Positions 52,918-62,181 of a DNA stretch of 64,000 nt are shown piece by piece. The notes beneath the pieces were generated by a model. That model ran no database searches. It was not told the DNA's origin and worked only from the letters and a program-made list of their open reading frames with translations. Position numbers and translations under genes: made by a program. The stretch comes from Planctomycetota bacterium. Lineage in GTDB: Bacteria > Planctomycetota > GCA-002687715 > CAIWVZ01. The stretch is from positions 96,001-160,000 of the forward strand of contig JBGANV010000010.1 in assembly GCA_044222185.1 (NCBI GenBank), in the 5' to 3' direction. Every line of letters starts with the position of its first letter. The first letter of the stretch is position 1.

Positions 52918-55900
52918 TTATTTCGAATTTCCGCCCTCCGGACCGTCCTTGACCGTGAATCGGAACGACGACGTCGTCCCGGAGATGGCGGGGGCGTACA
53001 TCGCTTCGCCCCGACCCGGCCGGGCCTTGAGCGTCCCGGGGAGTTCGGCCCGCAGGCGGTACTTCAGCGTGTGGGTCCCCTGCTGGAGCCACGTCACGAA
53101 GAAGGCCGTCTTCGCATCGCGGAACTCCACGTTCGAACAGATGCCTGCGCCGTACTGCGGGCCGGATCTGACCTCGAGCGCCTCGAAGCCGGCTGGTTTC
53201 AGGTCCTCGAAGAGCAGGTAGTCGTAGTCGTTCTTGGCGTCGATCTTGAACCAGACCTCGATGACGTCACCCGAGGCTACGGTTGCGCCGTTGGCGAGCG
53301 GCTCGAAGCTCTCCTGCGTCGTGACGACCGTCCGTCCGTTCTCCGACCTCTCGACGGCCTTCGACGTCACTCTCACGTACGCACGTTCGACGAGCAGGTC
53401 CTCGCCAGCGGCGGCGATGTCCGCCTCCTTCGTGAAGAACGTGGCATCGGCCGAGACGTAGATCCGTCCCTTGCCGTGCGTGCGCACGGTCAGCGTGGCA
53501 TCCCCGGTCGACAACTCACCGGCACCGAAGGACAGGGTGTTCTGGAATGTGAGCAGGTTCTCGCGTCCAACGTGAACCGTGTGCGTCCCTCCGCCCTTCA
53601 GCGACACGGTGACGTCGAGGTCGGGCTCGAGCTGCCCCGAGGCACGAGCGTAACGCACGAGCGCTTCCACGGCCTGCGCCGTGTCACGCGTGTTGAGCCA
53701 TTGGCCGCCACGTCGATTCGTCACGAGCCATTTCACGAGCGGCTCCACCAACTCGTGCTTGGGGTCCACGTCGACGAACGCGTTCAGGACGGCGGCGTTC
53801 GTCTCCACGAGGTTGTTCCACCACCACCACCAGTCGCGGCTCTCGGATTGCCAGTGCGCGGTGCCGCCGTCGCGATCGACCTTGGCGAAGTCGGCGAGAT
53901 TCGAGAGCACCAGTCGCGCGTGTTCGGTGTCCTTGGCGGAAGCGAAGGCGCTCGCGAGCAGCGCCTTGCCGTAGGGGGTCAGGTCATCCCGGTTGGTGTA
54001 GATCCGCGCGAGCAGCGCCGCGTCCGCATGCCGCGCCTTCGCGAGCGCGTACGCGATGTAGGTTGCCACCACGAGCTTTTGCTCCTTGGGGGCCTGCGCG
54101 GCGAGGAACGCCACCGCGCGGTCGATCATCCCCGCGGGAACGGGGAGGTCGGCCTCTCCCGCAGCGACGAGCCCGCAAAGGACGTACGCCGTGAGGTAGG
54201 ACGACGACTGGTCTGCGCGCCACCAGCCGAACCCTCCGTCACCGTTCTGCATGGAGGCAAGCCGCGCCAGTCCATCACGCACGGCCGAGTCGAGTGCGGC
54301 TTGAGTGACGATCGGCTTGTGATCCGTGGCGCGGTCACGCATGCCTCGCGTCTGCCGGGCCTTTGCCACTTCGTCGAGCGTCGTCCCCAGCTCACCCAGC
54401 ACCCGCGACACGGCGACGGCAGGCATGAAGCGGCTCATGGTCTGCTCGGTGCAGCCGTAGGGGTAGTCGATCAGGTAGGGGAGGGCGTCGAGGAGCGTCA
54501 GCGCGAGGCTCGGGTTCAGCGTGACGTCGAGCCGCGTCGTCTCCTGATGCCGCTCGGAAGGGATCGTGAAGGTGAGCGCCTGCTCGGCGTCGCCGCTGAG
54601 CACGGCGTTCCGGGGGATGCGCTTGTCGTGGCCCCATTCGATTGCGGTGAACTCCTTCACCATGGCGTCGCTGTCGTTCAGGCCCAGCGCGGTCACGGTG
54701 ATCTTCGTCCGGCCGGGCTTCTGGACGCCGACGAGCCAGTCGATGCGACGCGCCTCGCCGGGCGGGACGTCCGTCGCCTGCTCCAGCGCGGATTGTGTCG
54801 TCAGCACCTGGCCGTCGAGTTCGATCCGAACGCGAGCCGCCTGCCCGACCGCGGTGCGATTGTTCACGAGCGCTGTCACGGTGATCTGATCGCCCTCGAC
54901 GAAGAAGCGAGGTGCGCGGAGGCGGACCAGGAGATCCTTCGTCGTCTTCGTGTCCGCGGTGATCTCGCCGACCCTGGTGTCGGCCGTCCACGCCCAGACC
55001 TTCGCGCGCCAGGTCGTGAGCGACTCGGGGAACGGCACCTTGACGACGGCGCGGCCGGTCTCGTCCGTCGTCACGTCGGCGGTCCAGAGTGCGGAGTCTC
55101 GGAAATCGCTGCGGACCTTGGGCGCCGGCCCCGCCTGGCCGGGCTCGCGGGCGTTCGAGTCGTCTTCGGAAGAGTCCTGATCCTTCAGCTCGCGGTTGAA
55201 ATGGTCCGCCTTCTCCTCCGCGCGCGCCGCGCTCGTGGGGGCGGGCGCCGCGGCCAGGCCGACGGCGGTCGCCTTGTCATCGCCGGCGAACGAGCCCCGG
55301 CCACCGCCTCGGTCGCCCTTTTCGCCCGCTGGGCGCCCATCGCGGAGGCGGCCGCGGATGTGTTCGAACTCGAGTGCGCCGAAACCGACGCCTTCGAGCA
55401 CGCGGGACGCGATCCCCGGCATGTTCGACCACGCCGGCAGCGCGCCGATGACGTCGTACCGGCCCCATGCGACGTTCCTCACGAGCTCTCCGTCGAAGGC
55501 CGAGCGCGCGGACGAGTTACGCGCGACATCATGCCCGCGGCGCGATCCCCAGAAGAACCGGCGGATGTCCGGCGTAGTGTCCGATTGGATCTCGAGGATC
55601 GACGCGTCGAGCACGGTCACTGCTGCGCGCGCCGACACGGGGTTGCCAGCGTCATCCCGAGTCGTGACGACGAGGTCGCCGGATGCCCCCGGCCGATAGT
55701 CGGGCCGATCGAACGTCGCCGTCACGTTCAGGAACTGCTCGACGGGCGGCACGAAGATCTCCACCTCGTCCTCGAAGTACTCGCCCCCACGTACCGAGGC
55801 GACGTGCACGTGGAAGTTCGGGACGTGCGTGCGCTCGATGGGGATTTCGATCACTGCGAGCTTCCCGTCGAGCTTGACGACGTCGCACTTCAGCATTCGG

Positions 55901-58845
55901 CGCCCGCCATCCATCGACAGAAGAAGCGTGCCGTCGGCGAAGTTCGACGTGACGAGAACCAGGGCCTTCTCGCCGACCTTGAACGTCCGGCGATTGGGAA
56001 TCAGCTCCACATTCTTCATGGCGAAGTCACGGGCACCGAAGCCCGGCTTGTGGACCCACAGTCGGCTCTCCCCGGTGACGAGCTGCTCGAAGCGATCGAG
56101 CGCTTCGAAGGCGATCGCGAAGTTTCCGGGCGCGTCGGCCACCCAACGGAAGAAGGCGCGGCCTTCGTCGTCCGTCTTGACGGCCGTCTCGTGGACTACC
56201 GTCCGGGCCTCGTTGAGACCGCCCTTTTCGTCGAGTGATGCGTCGATGCGGTAGACCCGCACCTTGCCCTCCACGGCGACGGGCGTTCCCGCGGGCAGGC
56301 GGCTGTGGATCTCGCACTCGACGTTCTCGCCCGCGAGATAGAAGTTCTGTTTCGGTGTGACGTCGAGAGAAAGCGCGCGCTTCGTCACCAGCAGCGACCC
56401 GGACCCGTCCAGCGTCCGGCGCGACTCGTCGGTGACTTGCGCTTCGATCAGGAAGCGCGATCCGTCGCCGGGGTTCGCGGCTTCCGTCCCCGTTTCGAAT
56501 CCGATCGGCAGCTTGCCGCTTCCATCGAGGACTCCAGATCCCGAAGCCACGAGTTCGCGTCCCGACTGTTCATGTCGGGGGCGGATCCAGGCGTCGGACC
56601 CAAACAGGTAGTCGTATTCACCGCGGCGACCGAACCATGGCCACCACCCCGTGCGGAACACCTTCCACTCGACGCGCCCGCCCGCGACGGCACCACCGAA
56701 GAAGTACTGGGCTTCGACGGTCGCGTTGACGCGCGTCCCGAATCGCACCTGCTCGGTGGGCAGGCCGACCGTCACTTTGAACTCGGGTTTGAGGTACTCC
56801 TCGACCCGGAAATGGCCCTGCGCCACGTACTCGTTGCCGCGTTGGACCTGCACCACGTAGACGCCGAGCGGTGGCTCCTTGCCGAGGACCAACTCCTGCT
56901 TGAACGCGCCGGATTCATCCGTCCGGAGCTCCTGCTCCATCACATGCTGCCCGTTGGGGGCGTGCACGCTGACCTTGAAGCGCGTGTCTGCGATCGCCGT
57001 GTATTCGTTCCCGTGGCGAGTGCGGATGATCGACGCGAACCGGATCGGATCCTCGGGCCGATACACCGGCCGGTCCGTCATGACGTACGCCGTCGTCGTG
57101 TCCGCGGCTTCGTTCTGCCGGTAGGCGTAGTTCCGGTGAGTGAACGCGCAGCGCTCGCCATCGGCGGCGAACACCTCGATCTGGAACGACTCCCCGGGAC
57201 CGACGGAATGTGCGCGCTCGAAGATCCCGCGCTCGTCCGTAGTGCCCTTCGAGTACCGGACCTTCCATCCGCTGCCAAAGAGTCCACGGCTGTAGTACCG
57301 CTCGCGCACCGCCACGTCGGCGCCGCGGAGCGGGGAACCGGTGACCCGGTCGACGACGAACACGATCGTCCGGTCGTTGTCCTGCTTCGTGATGATCCCG
57401 ACGTCGGAAACCTGGACGAGCGTGTTCCACTGAAGCCCCTCGCCGCGCGCCTCGAGCACGTAGCAGCCCGCGGGCAATCCTGCGATCGCAAGGGCGGTCT
57501 CGCGATCGACGTGACGCCCGTCGTCGCGTGTATCCGCAGTCAGCGTGACCGCTGGGGTCGTGGCCTCGAAGCCGGAAGGGAGCCCCTTGATCACTCCTGA
57601 CGTGGTGCCAAGCCAAAGGTCGTCATCCGACAGGAAACCGTCCGAGAGGTAGATCGACGGCAACTTCACGGGTCGGAGCGTGACGGCAATCGCCTTCATG
57701 TTGCGCGAGTGCGCCGTGAGCTCGAACGGCTTTCCGGGGAGCCTTGGCTCGCCGGCTGCAATCGAGAGCCGCGGGAACGTGATCTGCTCGATGGCCGACT
57801 TCGCATCTCCGATCCACGGCGACTTGGGGAAGTCGGCGACGAGCTTGCGGTACGACGCCACCGCATCGACGAGGAGGCCGAGCGTCTCCTGGGCCTTCGC
57901 GAGGCTGACGAGGATCTCGTCGCCGAGCGCGGACGTCGCGCAGCGCGCGAACGCCTCCGATAGGACCTTCACCGGGTTGCGATCCGCGGGGACCGCGACC
58001 GTCGGCTTGTCGCCGCCGAGCGGCGCGACGAGAATTTCATCGGCAGAGCGGACGTCGCGCGCGGTGGACCGCGTGAACATGCGCAGGCACGCGGCGCCTT
58101 TCATGTATCGCGCGAGTGCTTCCCCGTCCTGGTTGGCGACGGCGACCTGGTGACTGATGGCTCCATCGAACGCGCCGACGATGCGATCGTTCCAAGCGGT
58201 TTCGAGTTTCTGATCCTGCTGGACATCGCCGCTGACGTTGAAGGCGAGTCCGTGGTCCCGGAACGCCTCGAGGACGGAACCCAGCTCGAGGTGAGCGCGG
58301 AGGTGCTCGGCCGAGAGCCCCTTGTCCGTGGCATTCGGAGTCGGAGTGGCATTCGCGACCTGCGCGGCGAAGATCGCAGTCGAGGCCTCCAGATCCGTAC
58401 GAGCGAGGGTCATGTCGTCCGTGACCGCCCACACGTAGGTGCCACCCTGGATGTAGGTTCCCCGCGAGCGCTGCCCGTCCTTCTCGTAGAAATAGTGCGG
58501 CATCGTCGCCGCGATCACGCCCCGCTCGAGCCGCGCGCGGGCCTCGGCGAGAGGTGCCGGCCGCTGCTCGACGAATGCCTTCAGGTGCGCGATTGCCTCG
58601 TCGAACTTCGAAAGGCGCGCGAGACAGACCCCGATGCGGACCTCGACCCGGGGGCGTTCCGCGGCGAACTGCGAATCCTTCGCCGCGCTCCGGTAGTTCT
58701 CGAGCGCCTTCTGGTACTCGTGGTCGCTGAAGGCCTTGTCCGCGACCTTCAAAGGATCGTCCCTGCGGTCGAAGTGCTGGTGTGCTGCCGTGAGAAGTCC
58801 GAGAACGGACGCCAGGACGGCGCCGACGACGAGTTTGCCGAGCAT
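52918..58845 (-). CDS. Bacterial alpha-2-macroglobulin with N-terminal TPR-like region
   Basis: TDRPVYRP, FRVEEY.KPEF, VRSDF..SALW, PESLTTWR, thioester YPYGCTEQ, QNGDGGFGWW, AMYAP. N-terminal signal peptide. Confidence 0.95.
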   Translation of the reverse strand: MLGKLVVGAVLASVLGLLTAAHQHFDRRDDPLKVADKAFSDHEYQKALENYRSAAKDSQFAAERPRVEVRIGVCLARLSKFDEAIAHLKAFVEQRPAPLAEARARLERGVIAATMPHYFYEKDGQRSRGTYIQGGTYVWAVTDDMTLARTDLEASTAIFAAQVANATPTPNATDKGLSAEHLRAHLELGSVLEAFRDHGLAFNVSGDVQQDQKLETAWNDRIVGAFDGAISHQVAVANQDGEALARYMKGAACLRMFTRSTARDVRSADEILVAPLGGDKPTVAVPADRNPVKVLSEAFARCATSALGDEILVSLAKAQETLGLLVDAVASYRKLVADFPKSPWIGDAKSAIEQITFPRLSIAAGEPRLPGKPFELTAHSRNMKAIAVTLRPVKLPSIYLSDGFLSDDDLWLGTTSGVIKGLPSGFEATTPAVTLTADTRDDGRHVDRETALAIAGLPAGCYVLEARGEGLQWNTLVQVSDVGIITKQDNDRTIVFVVDRVTGSPLRGADVAVRERYYSRGLFGSGWKVRYSKGTTDERGIFERAHSVGPGESFQIEVFAADGERCAFTHRNYAYRQNEAADTTTAYVMTDRPVYRPEDPIRFASIIRTRHGNEYTAIADTRFKVSVHAPNGQHVMEQELRTDESGAFKQELVLGKEPPLGVYVVQVQRGNEYVAQGHFRVEEYLKPEFKVTVGLPTEQVRFGTRVNATVEAQYFFGGAVAGGRVEWKVFRTGWWPWFGRRGEYDYLFGSDAWIRPRHEQSGRELVASGSGVLDGSGKLPIGFETGTEAANPGDGSRFLIEAQVTDESRRTLDGSGSLLVTKRALSLDVTPKQNFYLAGENVECEIHSRLPAGTPVAVEGKVRVYRIDASLDEKGGLNEARTVVHETAVKTDDEGRAFFRWVADAPGNFAIAFEALDRFEQLVTGESRLWVHKPGFGARDFAMKNVELIPNRRTFKVGEKALVLVTSNFADGTLLLSMDGGRRMLKCDVVKLDGKLAVIEIPIERTHVPNFHVHVASVRGGEYFEDEVEIFVPPVEQFLNVTATFDRPDYRPGASGDLVVTTRDDAGNPVSARAAVTVLDASILEIQSDTTPDIRRFFWGSRRGHDVARNSSARSAFDGELVRNVAWGRYDVIGALPAWSNMPGIASRVLEGVGFGALEFEHIRGRLRDGRPAGEKGDRGGGRGSFAGDDKATAVGLAAAPAPTSAARAEEKADHFNRELKDQDSSEDDSNAREPGQAGPAPKVRSDFRDSALWTADVTTDETGRAVVKVPFPESLTTWRAKVWAWTADTRVGEITADTKTTKDLLVRLRAPRFFVEGDQITVTALVNNRTAVGQAARVRIELDGQVLTTQSALEQATDVPPGEARRIDWLVGVQKPGRTKITVTALGLNDSDAMVKEFTAIEWGHDKRIPRNAVLSGDAEQALTFTIPSERHQETTRLDVTLNPSLALTLLDALPYLIDYPYGCTEQTMSRFMPAVAVSRVLGELGTTLDEVAKARQTRGMRDRATDHKPIVTQAALDSAVRDGLARLASMQNGDGGFGWWRADQSSSYLTAYVLCGLVAAGEADLPVPAGMIDRAVAFLAAQAPKEQKLVVATYIAYALAKARHADAALLARIYTNRDDLTPYGKALLASAFASAKDTEHARLVLSNLADFAKVDRDGGTAHWQSESRDWWWWWNNLVETNAAVLNAFVDVDPKHELVEPLVKWLVTNRRGGQWLNTRDTAQAVEALVRYARASGQLEPDLDVTVSLKGGGTHTVHVGRENLLTFQNTLSFGAGELSTGDATLTVRTHGKGRIYVSADATFFTKEADIAAAGEDLLVERAYVRVTSKAVERSENGRTVVTTQESFEPLANGATVASGDVIEVWFKIDAKNDYDYLLFEDLKPAGFEALEVRSGPQYGAGICSNVEFRDAKTAFFVTWLQQGTHTLKYRLRAELPGTLKARPGRGEAMYAPAISGTTSSFRFTVKDGPEGGNSK

Positions 58846-58921
58846 GTTGACTCCGAGGGCGTGTGAGACGACGGGGTTGGACGCCGCCGACGAACCCGGA
58901 GTTCCGCCGGCGGGGCGCCCC

Positions 58922-59362
58922 TCAAGCGAGCGTCTTCAGGAGTGCGTCGGCCTGGCCGGCCGGGTCCTTCGTTTCGACCGCGGACTCGATCTTCCCGTCG
59001 GGTCCGACGACGTAGGTGATGCGTTTGGCGTAGGTTGCCGTCGCGTCATCGCAGGCTTCGTAGGCGAGTCCCACCTTGCGGTCCGGATCGCAAAGAAGCG
59101 GGTAGGCGAAGCTGAACTTCTCCGCGAAGGCCTTGTTCGCGGCGACGCCGTCGAACGAGACACCGAAGATCAGCACGTTCTTCGAGGTGAATTCGGGGGT
59201 TCTGTCACGGAACCCGCAGCCCTGGCGCGTTCAACCCGGGGTGTCGGCCTTGGGGTAGAACCAAAGCACGAATCGCCTGCCCTTCAGGTCGGCGAGGCGG
59301 ACCCGTTTTCCCGTGTGATCCTGAACGTCGAACGCGGGGGCGGTCGTACCCGGTTTCAGCAT
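58922..59362 (-). CDS. bcp: BCP/PrxQ peroxiredoxin, probable selenoprotein (TGA at codon 44)
   Basis: Manual translation MLKPGTTAPAFDVQDHTG...WFYPKADTPG(TGA)TRQGCGFRD...GVSFD...FAEKFSFAYPLLCD. AGGAG RBS. The TGA occupies the peroxidatic Cys position. Confidence 0.9.
59197..59215 (-). promoter_or_regulatory. Putative bacterial SECIS hairpin
   Basis: On the minus strand GGGTTC-CGTGACA-GAACCC. The loop starts 21 nt after the TGA and has G at loop position 2. Confidence 0.65.
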
Positions 59363-59469
59363 GGCGCCATCTCTCCTGTGACGTGTTCCAGCGGTCGATT
59401 GGGGGGCGCTGCTCTACGCCACGAAGCGTGCGCGTCGCAAGCATCCGGCGTCGCGCCCCTGAACTTCAA

Positions 59470-59497
59470 TTGCCGCATCGCCGACGCCTGGTAGAAT
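59470..59497 (+). promoter_or_regulatory. Candidate promoter of the microcompartment operon
   Basis: TTGCCG, 16 nt, TAGAAT with an extended -10 TG. Confidence 0.6.
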
Positions 59498-59538
59498 CCG
59501 GGCCGTTTCCCGAGCCCCAGCCGCCATGCGGCATCTCC

Positions 59539-61161
59539 ATGATGGATCAGGACTTAGCCTCAATCGCCGAGGCTCGCGCGCTGCTTCGGCGCACCCGCCA
59601 GGCATTCAACCAGTACCGGTCGTTCGACCAGGCTCGGGTCGACCGCATCGTCTACGCGGCGGTCGAAGCCGGCTATCGGGCGTCTGAACGCCTCGCGCAG
59701 GTCGCCGTCGAGGAGACGGGCATCGGCCGTGTCGACGGCAAGACGGCGAAGAACCGCTTCGCGACGCGAGGACTCTGGGCCGCGATCCGCGAACTCCGAA
59801 CCTGCGGAATCCTGAACGAGGATTCCGAGCGAGGCGTCACCGAGGTGGCAGACCCGTTCGGGATCGTCGCCGCGATCATCCCCACGACGAACCCCACGTC
59901 GACCGCGATGTTCAAGGCTCTCATCTGCCTGAAGTCGCGTAATGGAATGGTGGCCTCGCCACACCCGCGGTCCGTTCGGTGCGTGAACGAATCCGTTCGC
60001 GTGATTCACGAGGCCGCCGTCGAGGCAGGCGCGCCCCGCGACATCGTCGCGTGCATGACGAACGTCAGTCTCGAGGGAACCCAGGCGCTCATGCGCCACG
60101 AAGAGACCGACCTCATCCTCGCCACGGGTGGCTCGGGGCTCGTACGGGAAGCCTATTCGTCCGGCAAGCCGGCGTTCGGCGTGGGCCCCGGGAACGTGCC
60201 CGTCTACGTGGACCGTTCCGCCGACATCGCCTATTCGGCGCGCTGCTTCGTCGAGAGTCAGACGTTCGACAACGGCACGATCTGTTCTTCCGAGCAGGCG
60301 ATCGTGTGCGACCGGCCCGTGAGCGACCGGCTCCTGGCAGAGCTTCGCGCACGAAAGTGTCACGTCTGCACTCCTGAAGAGGTCAAGCGGCTCGAAGCCA
60401 TCGCGTTGAAGGGCAAGACGATGAACCCCGACATCGTGGGTCTTCACGCGAACAAGGTCGCGGAAAAGGCCGGGTTCACCGTGCCCGGCGACACGACGGT
60501 GCTGATCGCCCCGACGTCCGGCGTCGGCTTCGCCCATCCGCTCTCACACGAGAAGCTCTGCCCCATGCTGGCCTTCTACGTCGTGGATGGTTGGGAGCAG
60601 GGCTGCCACCTCTGCCTGGACATCCTGGGATTCGGCGGATTGGGACACTCGATCGGCCTTCACTGCGAGGACGAGTCGATCATCCGGCGGTTTGCCCTGG
60701 AGAAGCCCGTCAACCGCATCATTCTGAACAGCCCCACGTCGCAGGGCGCCGTCGGGTTCACGACGCGACTGTTCCCGTCCATGACGCTCGGATGCGGGTC
60801 CTTCGGGGGCAACATCACGTCGGACAACATCGGCCCTCAGCACCTCTTGAACATCAAGCGGCTGGCGCGCGTTCGTCCCGAGTATCGCGACGGAACGATG
60901 ACCGCCGAGTTCCCGCACCTGCCTCCGACTGGCGCGGCGGACCCCGTGACGAGTCCCTGGGACCCCGCCGATCGATTGGTCTCGCGGCCGGAGCCCGACC
61001 CCGCCGCGCCTCCCCGGCCGGCCCTCGCGAATCCGGCTCGCCCCTTTTCGCGCGACGTGCTTGCGGGCATCATTTCCGGACATTTGCGGGAGCGGGGGAG
61101 TCAGTTGGAGGGACGGGTCGATGGTCGTGATCCGCCCCGAAAGGGTCACGGCGGATGTTGA
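59539..61161 (+). CDS. CoA-acylating aldehyde dehydrogenase (EutE/PduP-like) with C-terminal extension
   Basis: AVEETGIG, IPTTNPTST, LATGG.GLV, GVGPGN, FDNGTICSSEQ (catalytic Cys), EKLCP, SMTLGCG. Confidence 0.93.
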   Translation: MMDQDLASIAEARALLRRTRQAFNQYRSFDQARVDRIVYAAVEAGYRASERLAQVAVEETGIGRVDGKTAKNRFATRGLWAAIRELRTCGILNEDSERGVTEVADPFGIVAAIIPTTNPTSTAMFKALICLKSRNGMVASPHPRSVRCVNESVRVIHEAAVEAGAPRDIVACMTNVSLEGTQALMRHEETDLILATGGSGLVREAYSSGKPAFGVGPGNVPVYVDRSADIAYSARCFVESQTFDNGTICSSEQAIVCDRPVSDRLLAELRARKCHVCTPEEVKRLEAIALKGKTMNPDIVGLHANKVAEKAGFTVPGDTTVLIAPTSGVGFAHPLSHEKLCPMLAFYVVDGWEQGCHLCLDILGFGGLGHSIGLHCEDESIIRRFALEKPVNRIILNSPTSQGAVGFTTRLFPSMTLGCGSFGGNITSDNIGPQHLLNIKRLARVRPEYRDGTMTAEFPHLPPTGAADPVTSPWDPADRLVSRPEPDPAAPPRPALANPARPFSRDVLAGIISGHLRERGSQLEGRVDGRDPPRKGHGGC

Positions 61162-61204
61162 TCGTCGTGCAGACCGGAAGGTTCGAACCGAGGACTGAAG
61201 TTCT

Positions 61205-61498
61205 ATGAGCATGATTGCGCTTGGCATGGTCGAGACCCGCGGTCTCGTGGGTGCCGTCGAAGCCGCGGACGCCATGGTGAAGGCCGCCCAGGTCACGCTG
61301 ATCGGCAAGGAGAAGATCGGTGGCGGTTTCGTCACGGTGATGGTTCGCGGCGAGGTCGGAGCCGTGAAGGCGGCGACCGATGCGGGCGCAGCTGCCGCGA
61401 AGCGTGTCGGCGAGCTCGTTTCGGTCCACGTCATTCCCCGTCCGCACGACCAGGTCGAATCGATCCTTCCGTCCGCGCCGGCCCGCGACGAAGGCTGA
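61205..61498 (+). CDS. BMC hexamer shell protein (BMC-H)
   Basis: [36 protein letters not shown]. Confidence 0.98.
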   Translation: MSMIALGMVETRGLVGAVEAADAMVKAAQVTLIGKEKIGGGFVTVMVRGEVGAVKAATDAGAAAAKRVGELVSVHVIPRPHDQVESILPSAPARDEG

Positions 61499-61542
61499 TG
61501 GGAGCGCAGGCACTCCTGCCCGCGCACCCGAGTCACTGAATC

Positions 61543-62169
61543 ATGGCCGACATCGAACTCCGCACGTTCGTCTTCCTCGACAGCATGCAGCCGCAGTTCG
61601 CGTCGTTCGTAGGCACGACGTCGCGTGGCTATCTGCCGGTCGAATATCAAGCTGCCTTGTTCGTCGAGATCGCCCCCGGCATCGCGATCAACAAGGTGAC
61701 TGACGTCGCACTGAAGAAGAACGACGTGCAGCCCGGCGTCCAGGTCGTCGAGCGGGCCTATGGTCTGCTCGAGGTCCACGCCGACAGTCAAGCCGAGGTC
61801 ATCTCGGCCGGCGAGAACATCCTCCAATCGCTTGGACTCAAGCGCGAGGATCGTTTGAAGCCCAAGGTGATGTCGTCGCAGATCATCACCAACATCGATC
61901 CTTACCAGGCGCAGCTCATCAACCGCATTCGCTTCGGCAACATGATCCTCGGAGGGGACACGCTGTACATCCTCGAGGTTCATCCCGCTGGATACGCGAC
62001 GGTGGCTGCGAACGAAGCCGAGAAGGCTTCACCCATCAGCCTCATCGAGATGCAGATGTTCGGCGCCTACGGCCGCCTGTATCTCGGGGGGACCGAGGCT
62101 GAGATCGAGGAGGCGGCAGCCGCCGTCCTCCACGCCCTCGATTCGATCGACGGGCGTCCCAACAAGTGA
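61543..62169 (+). CDS. BMC tandem-domain shell protein, double-stacking type (BMC-Tdp, CcmP/CsoS1D-like)
   Basis: ELRTFVFLDSMQPQFA, VEIAPG, VVERAYGLLE, LEVHPAGYA..AANEAEK, GAYGRLYL. Confidence 0.92.
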   Translation: MADIELRTFVFLDSMQPQFASFVGTTSRGYLPVEYQAALFVEIAPGIAINKVTDVALKKNDVQPGVQVVERAYGLLEVHADSQAEVISAGENILQSLGLKREDRLKPKVMSSQIITNIDPYQAQLINRIRFGNMILGGDTLYILEVHPAGYATVAANEAEKASPISLIEMQMFGAYGRLYLGGTEAEIEEAAAAVLHALDSIDGRPNK

Positions 62170-62181
62170 AGGGACGAGAAC

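Noticed and set aside
52747-56238. 1163-aa plus-strand ORF
   Set aside because: Antisense shadow of the alpha-2-macroglobulin gene.
58922-59176. 84-aa ORF as a complete gene, or bcp as a pseudogene
   Set aside because: The upstream in-frame sequence supplies the missing Prx N-terminus with an RBS. The single TGA sits at the catalytic Cys and is followed by a SECIS-like hairpin.
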